Below, in pieces: positions 35,659 to 47,154 of a stretch of DNA of 64,000 bases. Origin of the DNA: a virus; the IMG/VR virus record IMGVR_UViG_3300035698_012970, positions 24,152-88,151 of that record, one strand, 5' to 3'. Both the position numbers and the translations under genes were made by a program. A model generated the notes under the pieces. It was not told the DNA's origin. It made no database searches and saw only the letters and a list, made by a program, of their open reading frames with translations. Each line of letters opens with the position of its first letter. Positions within the stretch are counted from its first letter, which is position 1.

Positions 35659-36330
35659 CTAATTATGTAAACTATGACAATTTGGACATAACATTTGTAA
35701 ATTATTTAACTTATGATTTCGGTTATTACCATCAATATGATGTAATTCTATACATAATTCTACCCTTTGCCATATACTTATTCCACATCTTTCACATTTA
35801 TTTTCTTTTATACCTTCCTTTAGCAATCTTTTCTTTAGTTTATGTGTTTGATAGTTTGGGTGTTTTCCTTCTAGAATTTCTTTCAGTTGAATTTTTCTGA
35901 AACTTTTCCTTCTAGTCCCCTTTAGTCCAACATTAGGTTGATAAACACCAAGATTCTTAGCTCTTTTTCTAAGAGTTAAAAAAGAAACCCCTAATGATTC
36001 TGCTGCTTGACCCATACTTAAACTTTCTTTACATGATTTGATTATTTCATCATCACTAACTTTCATATTATATTTTGCAACACACGTTTGACTACAAAAT
36101 TTGGGATTTTTGTTTGTTTTACTACCAGTAAAATATTCATTACAATATTTACACTTTACAGTTAGTCCTTCTTTAGTTATTCCTCTTTCTTTAAAGGTGT
36201 TACTTACTTTTTCGTTAATTTCCTTTCTGTTCTTTTTAGTCGAAAAGCATCTAGCACATTTTGTTGAACAAAATCTACCAGAGCCATATTCTCCCTCGTG
36301 CTCAATGCCACAATTTTCACAAATTCTCAT
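35659..36330 (-). CDS. HNH homing endonuclease with MRICENC N-terminal module
   Basis: CERCG...ELHHIDGNNRN.KLNNLQMLCPNCH. Confidence 0.9.
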   Translation of the reverse strand: MRICENCGIEHEGEYGSGRFCSTKCARCFSTKKNRKEINEKVSNTFKERGITKEGLTVKCKYCNEYFTGSKTNKNPKFCSQTCVAKYNMKVSDDEIIKSCKESLSMGQAAESLGVSFLTLRKRAKNLGVYQPNVGLKGTRRKSFRKIQLKEILEGKHPNYQTHKLKKRLLKEGIKENKCERCGISIWQRVELCIELHHIDGNNRNHKLNNLQMLCPNCHSLHN

Positions 36331-36420
36331 GATAATAGTTTTATTCTATATATCAATTCGAACTGTTGTTTTATGGTCCATTATTGATATACTTCAAAAA
36401 TGGACCATAAATTCATCATA

Positions 36421-36434
36421 ATTTCAAAGAACGC
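36421..36434 (-). promoter_or_regulatory. boxA-like antitermination motif
   Basis: GCGTTCTTTGAAAT, similar to the copies at 52100 and 61642. Confidence 0.55.
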
Positions 36435-36438
36435 ATCG

Positions 36439-36518
36439 TGATCCGGGAGGGACTCGAACCCTCAATCCGAAGAAATAGGGCTTAAACCTATCGTGTATGC
36501 CAATTTCACCACCGGACC
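36439..36518 (-). tRNA. tRNA-Leu(TAA)
   Basis: ATAGG-TTTAAGC-CCTAT. Confidence 0.9.
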
Positions 36519-36527
36519 TTTTAATCG

Positions 36528-36601
36528 TACTCCTGGAGGGACTCGAACCCTCAAAAACATGTGCCTAAAACATGCGCGTATACCAATTCCGCCACAGGAG
36601 C
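36528..36601 (-). tRNA. tRNA-Leu(TAG), short variable loop
   Basis: CATGT-TTTAGGC-ACATG. Confidence 0.88.
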
Positions 36602-36612
36602 TTTAATTTTTG

Positions 36613-36684
36613 GGTGTTATTTGGGAATTGAACCCAAATTACTTGGACCACAACCAAGCGTCTTACCATTAGACCAATAACACC
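36613..36684 (-). tRNA. tRNA-His(GTG) with encoded G-1
   Basis: CTTGG-TTGTGGT-CCAAG; G-1:C73 pair. Confidence 0.92.
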
Positions 36685-36691
36685 ATGTAAT

Positions 36692-36726
36692 AAAAAAGGT
36701 CCTTCGGAATTACCGAAGGACCTTTT
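36692..36726 (-). terminator. Attenuator terminator of tRNA operon 1
   Basis: GGTCCTTCGG-TAATT-CCGAAGGACC-TTTTTT, 7 nt upstream of tRNA-His. Confidence 0.9.
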
Positions 36727-36755
36727 AGTTATGTATTATTAACTTTAACTTAAGC

Positions 36756-36842
36756 TCAGCAAATCCTTATATCGTTCCTACCATGTAAATGGGAGAGCGA
36801 ACTTAGACAGCTTAATAGACTTATGTTAATTATGTTTTTCAT
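36756..36842 (-). CDS. Leader peptide 1 (MKNIINISLLSCLSSLSHLHGRNDIRIC)
   Basis: 28-codon ORF between promoter and terminator; codons 8-20 are all Ser/Leu/Cys/His. Confidence 0.85.
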   Translation of the reverse strand: MKNIINISLLSCLSSLSHLHGRNDIRIC

Positions 36843-36848
36843 TGTTTC

Positions 36849-36922
36849 TTATAGATTATATATCAATTTTGTTTCGTTTTTTATTTAATACAAATATAGA
36901 TCTTATTTACGTAATAAAAAAA
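36849..36922 (-). promoter_or_regulatory. Stacked promoters of tRNA operon 1
   Basis: Early-type motif at 36891-36922, GAAAC-N17-TATAA at 36849-36875, GATATATA at 36857-36864. Confidence 0.75.
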
Positions 36923-37672
36923 TTAAAAGCCAAGTTTTTCCAAATCAAAATAAATATCTAATCCTTCTCTATATTTTTCAGGTATTATTAATTTATTCTT
37001 CATTCTTTGGAAAAAAGCTTCATCCCATACATTTCTAAGTATTTTCATAGTTTGTAAAGGATTTTTTTCTATTTCACTATTAAAATAATCAGCATTTAAT
37101 ACTGTCATTGCTAGTTTCTTAGCTTCAATTCTACCTTTATACTTAAGTACATTTTTGAATCCTTTTGGATATGGATTATACCAGCCCCCACCTAATATCT
37201 CGAATTCACTACAATTAAAATAACTCTCTAATTTTTTAGGAGCCCCTTTTACACTAGTAAGCTCATTACCTAAAACATTATAAGAACCTGTAACCTCTTT
37301 TGGCCCGCCACGAAGATCCTTTAGTTTGTTTGACTGACATCTAAAATCGCCAGTTTTCTTTGGTCCTCCTTTAAGGGTAGTTAATATATTATGATCACAA
37401 TTAAATTCACGGGTAACTTCTTTAGGAGCACCTTCGAGTGTAGCTAAGATATTATGAGAACAATTGAAGTTACCAGTTACTTTATTAAAAACAATTCCAT
37501 TAAAATCACTTAATTCAGACTTAGAGCAATCAAAATCGCCTATAACGTCGATCATACCTTTTATGGTTTCCTTCCATTTACCAATAGTATACTCATTTAA
37601 GAAATCAACTTGCTCTTCGGTTATAGTACTTTCAGATTCATTTAGCTCGTTAAAATATTTTAGATGCTCCAT
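36923..37672 (-). CDS. LRR-like repeat protein, putative virion-internal
   Basis: FNCSHNILATLEGAPKEV-type repeats; MEHLKYFNELNE N-terminus. Confidence 0.7.
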   Translation of the reverse strand: MEHLKYFNELNESESTITEEQVDFLNEYTIGKWKETIKGMIDVIGDFDCSKSELSDFNGIVFNKVTGNFNCSHNILATLEGAPKEVTREFNCDHNILTTLKGGPKKTGDFRCQSNKLKDLRGGPKEVTGSYNVLGNELTSVKGAPKKLESYFNCSEFEILGGGWYNPYPKGFKNVLKYKGRIEAKKLAMTVLNADYFNSEIEKNPLQTMKILRNVWDEAFFQRMKNKLIIPEKYREGLDIYFDLEKLGF

Positions 37673-39101
37673 CTATTTTTTAAAATATTTATCGTACATC
37701 ATTTCACCAATATATCTAATTCTCTTTCCTTGTAACCAAATTTCGTTTGCTTCCTCACACATTGCTTCGGTCATATCATTTCTAACCATATTAATGACAT
37801 TATCATATGCATCAAATGCTTTCTCGCTTATTCCTTTCTCATCTGTAATGATCCCAATAATCTCATTCTCTATTCTTTTTCTGAAAGCTTCTACATGAGT
37901 AACTGCTCTACCAAAAAAATCTTCATAAGACATATCAGATTCATGGATTGGTCTTTTAATAGGATTACCAATACCTCTATCTCTATGTATGGTTTTAATA
38001 TATTGTGCTACGTGCTTGATACTTTCCAATGCAGATTTATCATCTACGTTAAATTGTGTCTTGATCTTAGCTATTAGGGCATCAAAGAGCTCATAAGTTT
38101 TATCATATACCTTTGTAGATGGTAAAATACTTAGTCCTACTCTTTCGTTCATGGATGAATCATATTCTTTTAAGTTTTCCATTATTTAATCTCCAAAAAA
38201 GATTTGTTAGGAACTACTGCTGAAATAGATCCTTCATCTTCTCCTATATTTTTATAATAATAACCACTTTTAGCATTACCCATTTTTAAATTCCTCATCA
38301 TCATGATATTTGCTTTTTCGTCAGTATGCGGATTATTTGTGGTATTAGTCATTTGACCTATGATTCTAACCGGGAATACTATTGGCTTAGAATCAAAAGG
38401 GATTTGATTATTATCAGAATAAACGGCTCTATAATTTCTATCTGTCGTATAGTAATCATCCTCGGGCACATCGCTTCCACAATTATATCCACTATCACAA
38501 TAGTACCCTAATTCATCTTTTTTCCTCTTTAGTGCTTCTTTGCCAGCTAATAATGTTTTCCCATATTCTCTAGTTCCATCCCATTCACCTTCGGCAGGAA
38601 CTCCAATTCTTGCTTGTAATGCTTGTGTTGCAGCTAATTTAGTTCCGATATGAATACCTTTCTTACCACTTAGATCCTTATTTGCCGAGCCGTGATAAAA
38701 TCCTCGACTTCCACTATAATTTTCATTTAAGAATTGTTCCCAATTATTGATCATCCTGTTGAATCTATAAATTTGATCTCCTTAGCGGTAATACCGTCTG
38801 GCTTTTCGTGGGATTTACTACGCCCACGGTGTGTATGTATAAAATATCCATTCTTGTCAATACCCATATCAAACCCATTTGGGTAATTGCCTTTACTGAT
38901 TTTCTTTTTAAGGTCTGGGTGTAGATTAAGTCCTGAGATTATTCCATTTTTGGCTCTTGAATATTCCTTACATAAAGAAACAGCAACCTCTTTAAGTTCT
39001 TTGGAAATTCCTTTTAGATATTTAATTGATTTTTCGATTGGTACGCTATCGTCAATCTGCTTAAAATTTTCGTAAAGTTCTAAATGTTCCATATAATGCA
39101 A
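37673..39101 (-). other. Three late-type genes (37673..38182; 38182..38754 ART-like FYHGS; 38751..39101)
   Basis: Coupled ORFs with capsid-targeting-like N-termini, downstream of GATATATA at 39109. Confidence 0.6.
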
Positions 39102-39107
39102 TTTGCA

Positions 39108-42100
39108 CTATATATCTTTTTCCTTTAGTACCTTTATTGCTTTTATATAGCTCTTGATTTTCTCATTCGCCTCATCAATCCATTTTTGGTATCGATCTTT
39201 AGCATACTTAGGGTCATCTTCTTGTAGTTTTTCAGTAAAAATTTTTGCTGTTCTAATTTCCTCTTTCAAGTAATCCATCAATAACTCAATCGAATGTCTC
39301 ATAATTTTATTTTTTGATAATAGAAGAATTTGGTATATCATCTAAGTTAATATCCTTATTGACATATTCATCTATGAATGGCGGAATGTGACTTATAGTA
39401 CCGATCTTTCTATTGTCGAACCAAATACTCTTAAGACTGTCAATCCTACAGATCTTTTTTATTCTTTCAATCTCGCCAGGAATAGGTAATGGTTTCCATT
39501 CAAGTCTTATCCCCTTAAAACGATCTACTAATTCACGATTAATGAGATATATGGTTTTACTGTTGTTAGTAGTTTCTTTATAAAAAACCTCATAATACCA
39601 TAAAATATTGGATAGATGTTGATGGTCTATATCATTAATAGGCTTTCTTTCGCCCATACTAGTTTGCCAAATTAATGTCATAATTTAATCCTCGATTATC
39701 CAACGATTAAGTTCTTGACCTGGCATCTTAGGACCAAAATCAGCTTCTCCCATATCAGTAACGGGAACACAAAATTCAACTCTATCCTTAGCTAAATCTG
39801 CATAATAATATGCATTGCCCATTCTAATAAATCTAAAATGTGCTAATGGCTTCTGTCTGTATAATTCTTTTTTAGTTTCTGTTGTTGTCATTTTTCCTTT
39901 ATTTGATGCGTTATTTCTTCTATATCTACACTAAAACATTCTGCAAACCATTCTATACGCTTTACTGCTGCTCCATAAGTCTCGGATGGAGTACTCATTA
40001 ATCCTGAAGTATGCACACAATTCCATCCATGATTACAAGCAGTTTGGTTGTCACAATACCATTCAGGAGCAAACTCTGATTTACTTTTATTTTCAACTAT
40101 TCTAAAATTCATGGTTTTATGTTTCTTACAATTATATTACTTGTTTTCTTTCTTCCATTCTTCAGGTTCGTAATAATTAAGTGACTCATAATAGTCATCC
40201 ATTACAGTATCCATTAATTCATTGAAGTAATTCTTTTTAAGAAGTCCTCTGGCATTTTGTATACATACTTCTTCTCCGTTATCACTTACTTCAATGATTT
40301 TTATGTTTTCTGGTTTTATATTAAATCTTTTAGCTAGATCTTTTGGTAAATCAGGATTTTTCATTACTATATTTCTTGCAACTAAATTATTTGCATAATA
40401 AGTTAAGAATTCAGTAGCGTTTCTAATGGTTATATCCTTTTCTTTTAAAACTAACTCCATCATCCTACATTCATCGGAATAATTATCAAGATAATGATGA
40501 TTAAGATAATCTACTGTTTTAAAATCTGGGTTTTTCCCAATTTTTATTATTATTTCCATGTTAATTTTTAAAATCTATCTTATAGTTAAACCTGACTTAA
40601 AGTATATTTTATGATATGCTCATTAACAACATGTTTAGTAATAATTACATTTTTTCCAAAAGCATAATCATTAAAACCTTTTTCAAATAACATTAACTCA
40701 GCTAAAGATCCTATGTGATTTAAATTAAGATAAAGTGTGCTCATATTTGTCCTCATATTAGATGTATTTGGAGTACTATTGTACGCATCTATTTGAGATT
40801 TATAATTATCTTTAGTTACTTTATTCATGATTTTATGATATTTAGTTTTTTATACACTCAATGCTAATTTCTGAATATTTGCTTTAAACATTTTTCTGTT
40901 AAAAAGATATAGCATTGATTCCCACCAGACACTCATGAATACATATGCATAATGAACTATAATTATAAGTAATATAAATACCCAACCAATAACTTTAGTT
41001 ACACCTTTGAATTCAGTCCACATTCTTCCCATTCTTTTCCAATGTGTAATCTCTTTTTTCCAGACTATTTGTGCAAGTGTCATATGTTATAAGGATATTA
41101 AATTAGGATTAACTGTTAATATATAATATTCAGCAATAGTTGGGTATGATGCATCGAAAACCCAATTACCATTACTGGCGCATACAGTAGATACCATTTC
41201 GTATGTATTGGCTTCTCCTGTATATGCAATTGCAGTTAGTTCTATTTCTAGTAGTTCTCTTTCTTCATTCCAGAAATATATTATAGTATCATTATCTGTA
41301 ATATAACTATATAATACTATAGTAGAATCTTCTAATGTTAATTCATTTATTAAATTAGCAAAAAGATCTTGTTCAGTTGTATCAAATTCAATCGGTCCTA
41401 ATATAGGAGGTTGTATGGAATTGAGATTTATCCAGGTTTTCTGATCTACATCAAAGACGAAAGTTTTATCATCACCATTTGAAATAGTATCATTTATAGA
41501 AACTCTATAAATACCTCCAGTTTCGGTTATTAAATTCACTGTTCCAACACTAGTGTAAGTTACTAATGCAAGAGTAAAATAACCTGCAAATGAAACACCA
41601 ATGAATATTAAGAGTACTGCGATTCTGTTTTCCCATAGCTTCTTACCGTAGAGACATGTTCCTACAATAAAAGCTAAAATTGCTGATAATATGAATGTAT
41701 ACATCTTTATATGATTTAAGTTAATATTTAATCTTATTTTATTCTACGTCTGTCCATTCAAGACCTGGACAATAGTCTTTCTTACTTGCACTAAAGTATT
41801 CACCAAATATACCAAAACTACTACCAAGTATATTTAATATTGCAAGTCCAATGAAGCCTAAAAATATTCCAGTTGGTCTTAATATAATAAGATAAAGGCA
41901 TGTGTAAATGATAAACTCTAAAGGTTTATATAATCCATATAATACACTATAATAAATTCCTTTACCAAGAAGAACTAATGGAGTCCAGAAAATGTTGATA
42001 ATTAAAGTTAGATACCAAACAGGTTTACCTTCCTTATATTGCTTTAATCCTACTTCTACCTTATTATAAATTACTATAACAAGTATAACAGCTAAGCCTG

Positions 42101-44144
42101 CAGCTAATATAACTAAAGCACCAATACCAATTTCAGTACCATAATTTATAAACAATTCTTTAATTGCGCCTATAAGATAGATAAGACCCCTTGTTAATAT
42201 AATAATAAACCCTGATGTAACACCAAGAATAGCAGTACTTATTAAGAATCCCAAAAAGTTTTTTGTACCTTTGATTAATTTAGTTGTATCAAAACGTAAA
42301 CCATCAACAAAGTTTCCCATAGCATTAAAGAATGGTTCCATTTTAAGCGCGATTCTTTCATTTCTAGCATCAATTTTTGCTTCTCTTTCATTTCTTTTTC
42401 TACGTTCTTCTAAAGATTTTTCTGCTAATTGGAGTTCTAACTTATTTCTTTTTTGACGAAGTAAATCTTGTTTTTTTATATATACATCTCTTATTGCTTC
42501 TTTCTTTGCCTGATATATTACATTTTCCTTATCACTAAGATGCCAATAATTGGTTGGTATTTTATATTTCTTAGTAATATAATAATCAAGACCATTTAAA
42601 TTTTTATTTTTTAGGTATTTCCTAGTAATATAAGGGATTTTATGATTTGACATATCATATGCCTTATAATCATCTAAATCATCAAAGTAATTATTTACTA
42701 TTGATTCCATCCATAGATGTATACCATTTGGAATAAGCATAAAGATAAATCCAATAGCTTGTGCTAATAATTTGAATGGTATAAACAATAAACAGAAAAT
42801 AAGTAACCAAGCATATGGACACCCATTTTGCATTGTTTTAGGGGTTGGTGTACTATCAACCAAAACATATCTCATTAACCTATAATGCCAGGATTTCATG
42901 CTCACCTTCATAAGTTTAGGTGTTTCAGCATATTTAATGTGCTTATTAGCATTAGTATTAAGATCGAATCTACGCTCTTCTAATGCTTCTTCCTTTGTGC
43001 CTTTGAAAACTGCAATTGGTTTAATATAAAAGACACTAGAATCATGGTCATCATTAAATAGATAACCTTTTAAGTGAATCTTCCCGTTATTAAACTCAAC
43101 CAATTTGTTAACTAGTGCAATAAGTTTGTCATTTTTCATTATTAATAATTTAATTAATTATCTTGAATTGCAAATATAGATCTAAAAATCGTAGTAAAAA
43201 AATATTTTAGTGTAAATTTCCTTTTTTCTTTCGTTAACCAGCGAGTAGTTCTAATTAAAGTCTTCTGATCATCATTGAATTGTACTTTTTCGCCATCCCA
43301 AGTACCTACTAATTTAATGACAACTTTTTTCTTATCAATCCTTCGTGGATCAAGATAACTTACCAGATCACCTTTTTTGATGTCTGGCCAAGGTATTGAT
43401 TTTAATACCCCATAGTCGTCATAGGCGTTAATTGTTATCATGTTTCTCCTTAATTTCTAAGTTAACTAAATCGATAATTTTTTTTACTGGTTCTTTTAGT
43501 TCACGAAACCAAATATCCTTTTTGTTGGTAATTACAGGACTTATTTCATAATTCCTTAGCTCTTCATAGTCGCCCTCTGGGTTCTTAATATATAGCGAAT
43601 CAAATATAATTCCATCCCACCATATTGATTGGTTTGGATGACATTTAGCGTTATCATCAAATTGGTGATGTGTTGCCATGTCCCTATAACCAAACTTAAG
43701 AGCATATTTTGCATATTTTCCTTTAAGGTTATCTAATACCTTTTGTTGGAATATTCGATATGCTGAGTTTTTCATAGCAACTAATTCATCATAATCCTTA
43801 TACTTCCATGACGCATTTTGCGCCCAGAAAGGCATAGAATCTTCCCCGTACATAAATCTAACCCTGAAATGATATCTGTTGCTAACTGAATCTACAGATT
43901 CTTGGAATCTTCCCATTGACGGGTGGAAATTAAGATCTCTACCATCGAAATATGCACTTAATTGAGTGTCATCAGCATTTTTAAATTCTGCTTTATCTAT
44001 ATCACAAATCTCAAGATATAGTAAATAAGCTCCTTTTATCTGATTTGTAAATGTAAAAAGCGTATTCTTAGATATTGAATATCCATCTTCTAGCCCGAAC
44101 ATTTCCTTAAATTCTGCTTCTGTTATTACATATTTTTCTATCAT
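39108..44144 (-). other. Array of hypothetical genes, including membrane proteins 41087..41704 and 41739..43139
   Basis: Packed, co-oriented ORFs with hydrophobic segments. Confidence 0.7.
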
Positions 44145-44148
44145 GATC

Positions 44149-44180
44149 CAAATGTAATTAAAACAACCGAGATAAAAAAA
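44149..44180 (-). promoter_or_regulatory. Early-type promoter
   Basis: TTTTTTTATCTCG-N11-TACATTTG. Confidence 0.75.
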
Positions 44181-45131
44181 TTATCTATATGCGTAAATAA
44201 ATCCAATATCTACTATTTCCTTTTCGTCGTGAATGCTCAATCCACAATTTTTAAATTTCTCAGTTAAAAATAAACCAATAACTTTTGTGTGGTATTGCAC
44301 AAAGATCTTTTGTATCTTAGCTATATTGGAATTTGTTATAGTAGCAAACAAATTTAATTCACCTCCCTCACAATTAATTTTCATAAAATCAACAATATCT
44401 ATTGATTTTTCTTCGAAAAGAGTATTTATATTAATAGTTTCAACCTCACTAGTATCTGCTGGAAGTCCCATAGTTGCGAATGTTTCTATTGATTCGAGTC
44501 TATTTGCTATCGAAGTACCAGGATAAGATAAAAATGTTTCTTTACCATCAATATAACCTATCGCCTTATTGATAATTTCTATGTTTTCTGTGTTTTCTAT
44601 ATTCACAACCAAACATGCATAGACCTCTGGTGATGGTTCTACTGCTATGATCCTTTTAGCCCCTATTTCGTTTGCATGAATACTAAAAAATCCATAACTC
44701 GCTCCAATATCCAATATTACATCACCAGGAAAAATATCAAGTGGTCCTTTTTTATATTCTTCTAATACTCTTATTAGTAAAAAATCACCAAATTCACCTT
44801 CACCTTCTATTATAAGGGGTTTAAAAATAGCACCATTTACAAGGAATGGAGTCGATTTACCATTCATTGGGATTTCATATTCACCCAAATCACTATCAGA
44901 AAAACAAAGAATAAGCTTCTCCAAATTCAAAGAAGCATTTTTATAAATTGAAATCCACCAACCACAATTGGGTACTAAATCCCATTTTGCACTATTTGCG
45001 ATTAGCCCTGTCAATGGATCCTTTAGGTAAGCGTATGTATTTTTTCTAATCTCTTCTCCGTGATAAGAAAAATTTACAATAAACCCCTTATCATTTTCCT
45101 CTAGTTCATTTACGTTAATTAGCATATCCAT
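44181..45131 (-). CDS. FkbM-family methyltransferase
   Basis: ILDIGASYGFFS, IAVEPSP, DFMKINCEGGE. Confidence 0.85.
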   Translation of the reverse strand: MDMLINVNELEENDKGFIVNFSYHGEEIRKNTYAYLKDPLTGLIANSAKWDLVPNCGWWISIYKNASLNLEKLILCFSDSDLGEYEIPMNGKSTPFLVNGAIFKPLIIEGEGEFGDFLLIRVLEEYKKGPLDIFPGDVILDIGASYGFFSIHANEIGAKRIIAVEPSPEVYACLVVNIENTENIEIINKAIGYIDGKETFLSYPGTSIANRLESIETFATMGLPADTSEVETININTLFEEKSIDIVDFMKINCEGGELNLFATITNSNIAKIQKIFVQYHTKVIGLFLTEKFKNCGLSIHDEKEIVDIGFIYAYR

Positions 45132-45485
45132 ATTACTAAAAAAATCATTTATTGTTTCGATTTATTTCATTTTTGTCTTCGGAAATTATTCTTACCCACA
45201 TGATATCCTTCACAATGTGCACATTTATATGCTCTGAAAATACCCTCATATTTTTTCTCCATACTTACTGCAGCTCTTACTGCAGATTTTCTGGTGTTAT
45301 ATTTTACCTTTTCCTTTCCGTTATCTGCTCTCCTATGAGAATTCTTGTGAAATAATCCCCATGCGTTCCTGGTAATAACAAAATTACGGAATGCTCGCTT
45401 AAAGGGTCCTTGATCCTTTAAAGCTAAATATAGATTTCTCAGTTTCATAATATAATTACTTTAGTAATCATGTTGGTAATTAAAA

Positions 45486-45614
45486 TAAGATCCTACTCGG
45501 CGATAACGTCGCATCGGCATGGTATTTTTGCATTTTAAAATTCCGCCTCACCCCACGGCGCGAGTACTTGTCCGAAATTATACCAGCGTCCTGGTTTAAC
45601 TACATAGGATCTTA
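45486..45614 (-). ncRNA. Unidentified structured RNA
   Basis: GC-rich island closed by a TAAGATCCTA/TAGGATCTTA terminal stem. Confidence 0.5.
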
Positions 45615-45617
45615 TAG

Positions 45618-45728
45618 CGACCAGAGAGTGATTCGAACACCCCACGCAGCAGGGGCTTCCTGCCTCATTGTCCACGGTATCAATCAAGTGTGCACTACTT
45701 AAAAGGTCCCTTGTTCCATGTCAAGGCC
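45618..45728 (-). ncRNA. tRNA-like RNA (T-arm present, no canonical cloverleaf)
   Basis: GGGTG-TTCGAAT-CACTC T-arm; partial acceptor stem. Confidence 0.45.
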
Positions 45729-45740
45729 ATTTTTTAAAAA

Positions 45741-45985
45741 GAAGAATAATAGCCAGAATCCTGTATTTAACTAATCATTTGTCTTATTGCCTCACACCAC
45801 ACTATCTTTGAGCTGTTCATCCTCTAAGTGAATTTGAGTTGCATCCTCGACAGTACAAAGGTGAGTGCCATGGTGGATCTAATCCTTTAATAAATGGCAT
45901 TGGCCGTTTAACCATTTCCTACCTTCTCCTGTCTTAAACAGTAATGTTCTGAGCTTCCTCTCCGTAGAGCGATTAGCTGTTCTTC
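45741..45985 (-). ncRNA. rnpB: Minimal RNase P RNA-like ribozyme
   Basis: P1 GAAGAA/TTCTTC; P2 CTAATCG/TGATTAG; CR-I GAGGAAGCTCAGAA pairs with CR-V TTCTGGCT leaving a bulged U (P4); CR-IV AGACAAATGATT; ACAGGA. Confidence 0.8.
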
Positions 45986-46458
45986 TTTTGTGCTTTCTTA
46001 TAAGCATTATTAGCTCTTTGTCTCCTGACCCCATTGTCTATTAGGACAAGACGATCTAGAAATGTGAATCTATATACATCAAAGTATACGTCATCCTTTT
46101 TGTAGTTTGAATATCCATTATCATACGTGGCCTGAGCTAATACTTGGCCAAGTCCATTTCTGGTATTCCTACAATCATTAGCTTTATATACAGAATCTAG
46201 TTTTTGTTTCCCAGAATCTAACCAATGTGCTTTACCGTACTTCTTAGTTAAAGTGTATCTTTTAGCAGCAAATCTATCTCTAGATAATGAACCAAATGAA
46301 TCTGTGCTATATCCAACTGTAAAACCTTTAACGTGTTGTAATCTTAAACTTCTGGTTCTGGCGAAGAAATCATAAAATGCACCTCCATACCAATCCCAGC
46401 GAAACTTATGCTTCAATCTATGAAACGAAAAGCCCCTTTTTCTTTTCTTTGTTCTCAT
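45973..46458 (-). CDS. Basic hypothetical protein
   Basis: 161-aa ORF whose stop overlaps the 5' end of the RNase P-like RNA. Confidence 0.6.
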   Translation of the reverse strand: MRTKKRKRGFSFHRLKHKFRWDWYGGAFYDFFARTRSLRLQHVKGFTVGYSTDSFGSLSRDRFAAKRYTLTKKYGKAHWLDSGKQKLDSVYKANDCRNTRNGLGQVLAQATYDNGYSNYKKDDVYFDVYRFTFLDRLVLIDNGVRRQRANNAYKKAQKKNS

Positions 46459-46700
46459 TTTCTTAAATTTTAAAAAGTGATAGGGCTTGTGCCCAATTAC
46501 GAAAGTTACCTTTTCCTAATTCGGGTCATTGAGGTATAACAATGACAATTACATCGGTTCCATAATCATAATTCCTATGTTTTAAGTTAAAAAATATCCC
46601 TACTTTACTACACAACTAAACGTACGTTAAATTAGCCTAATGTCGATCGTTAAATCGCTGCTTTCTAGATAGGCAAGCCCACGGACATTTCAGAATATTG

Positions 46701-46825
46701 CGGAAGTAGATGGACTCGAACCAACAAGCAACTAAGTGTTCCCTTACTCCTAGAATAATCGATTGGTTGCACAACTGAAAATCCCGTGCTCTGATTAGAT
46801 CTCGCACTTTAGGGCTAATACTTCC
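46701..46825 (-). ncRNA. 125-nt tRNA-like RNA with expanded interior
   Basis: Perfect acceptor GGAAGTA/TACTTCC and T-loop TGG-TTCGAGT-CCA. Confidence 0.6.
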
Positions 46826-46943
46826 ATATTAAAAAAATCAAGGGTAGCGTCTTATAAGAGTCGATCATCTACCAGCTTCTCCCAGCTATTAACGAGTCAG
46901 CTTAACTCACTGTTAATCTTGATCCAGATTGTTTAAAAATAAA

Positions 46944-47154
46944 TTGGAGTTACTTACCAGCCTTATACTGGAAAAACACAATAGAACCTAATCTATATTC
47001 CCTACTTCCAAGGTTGTGTACGTCTCGGAGAGAATTTTTTTGATAAACTACAATAAAAATACTGCATTGCACGTCGCTCATCGAGATTCTCCAAAAGATG
47101 GTTTTTACCCATCTACAGAACGTAAGTTGTCTGTTCCCATCCCATAATAACTCC
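46944..47154 (-). ncRNA. Unidentified structured RNA of about 210 nt
   Basis: Terminal stem GGAGTTATT/AGTAACTCC; internal hairpins such as AGATGG/CCATCT and CCAGT/GCTGG. Confidence 0.5.

Noticed and set aside
35035-35670. ORF-track ORFs over tRNA clusters (also 50324..50617, 51171..51542, 60948..61305, 61597..61797)
   Set aside because: They overlap tRNA genes or attenuators and are chance frames.
36692-36922. T-box riboswitch as the control element of the tRNA operons
   Set aside because: No T-box consensus or stem I is visible, and the leaders are short and occupied by an ORF; peptide attenuation fits better.
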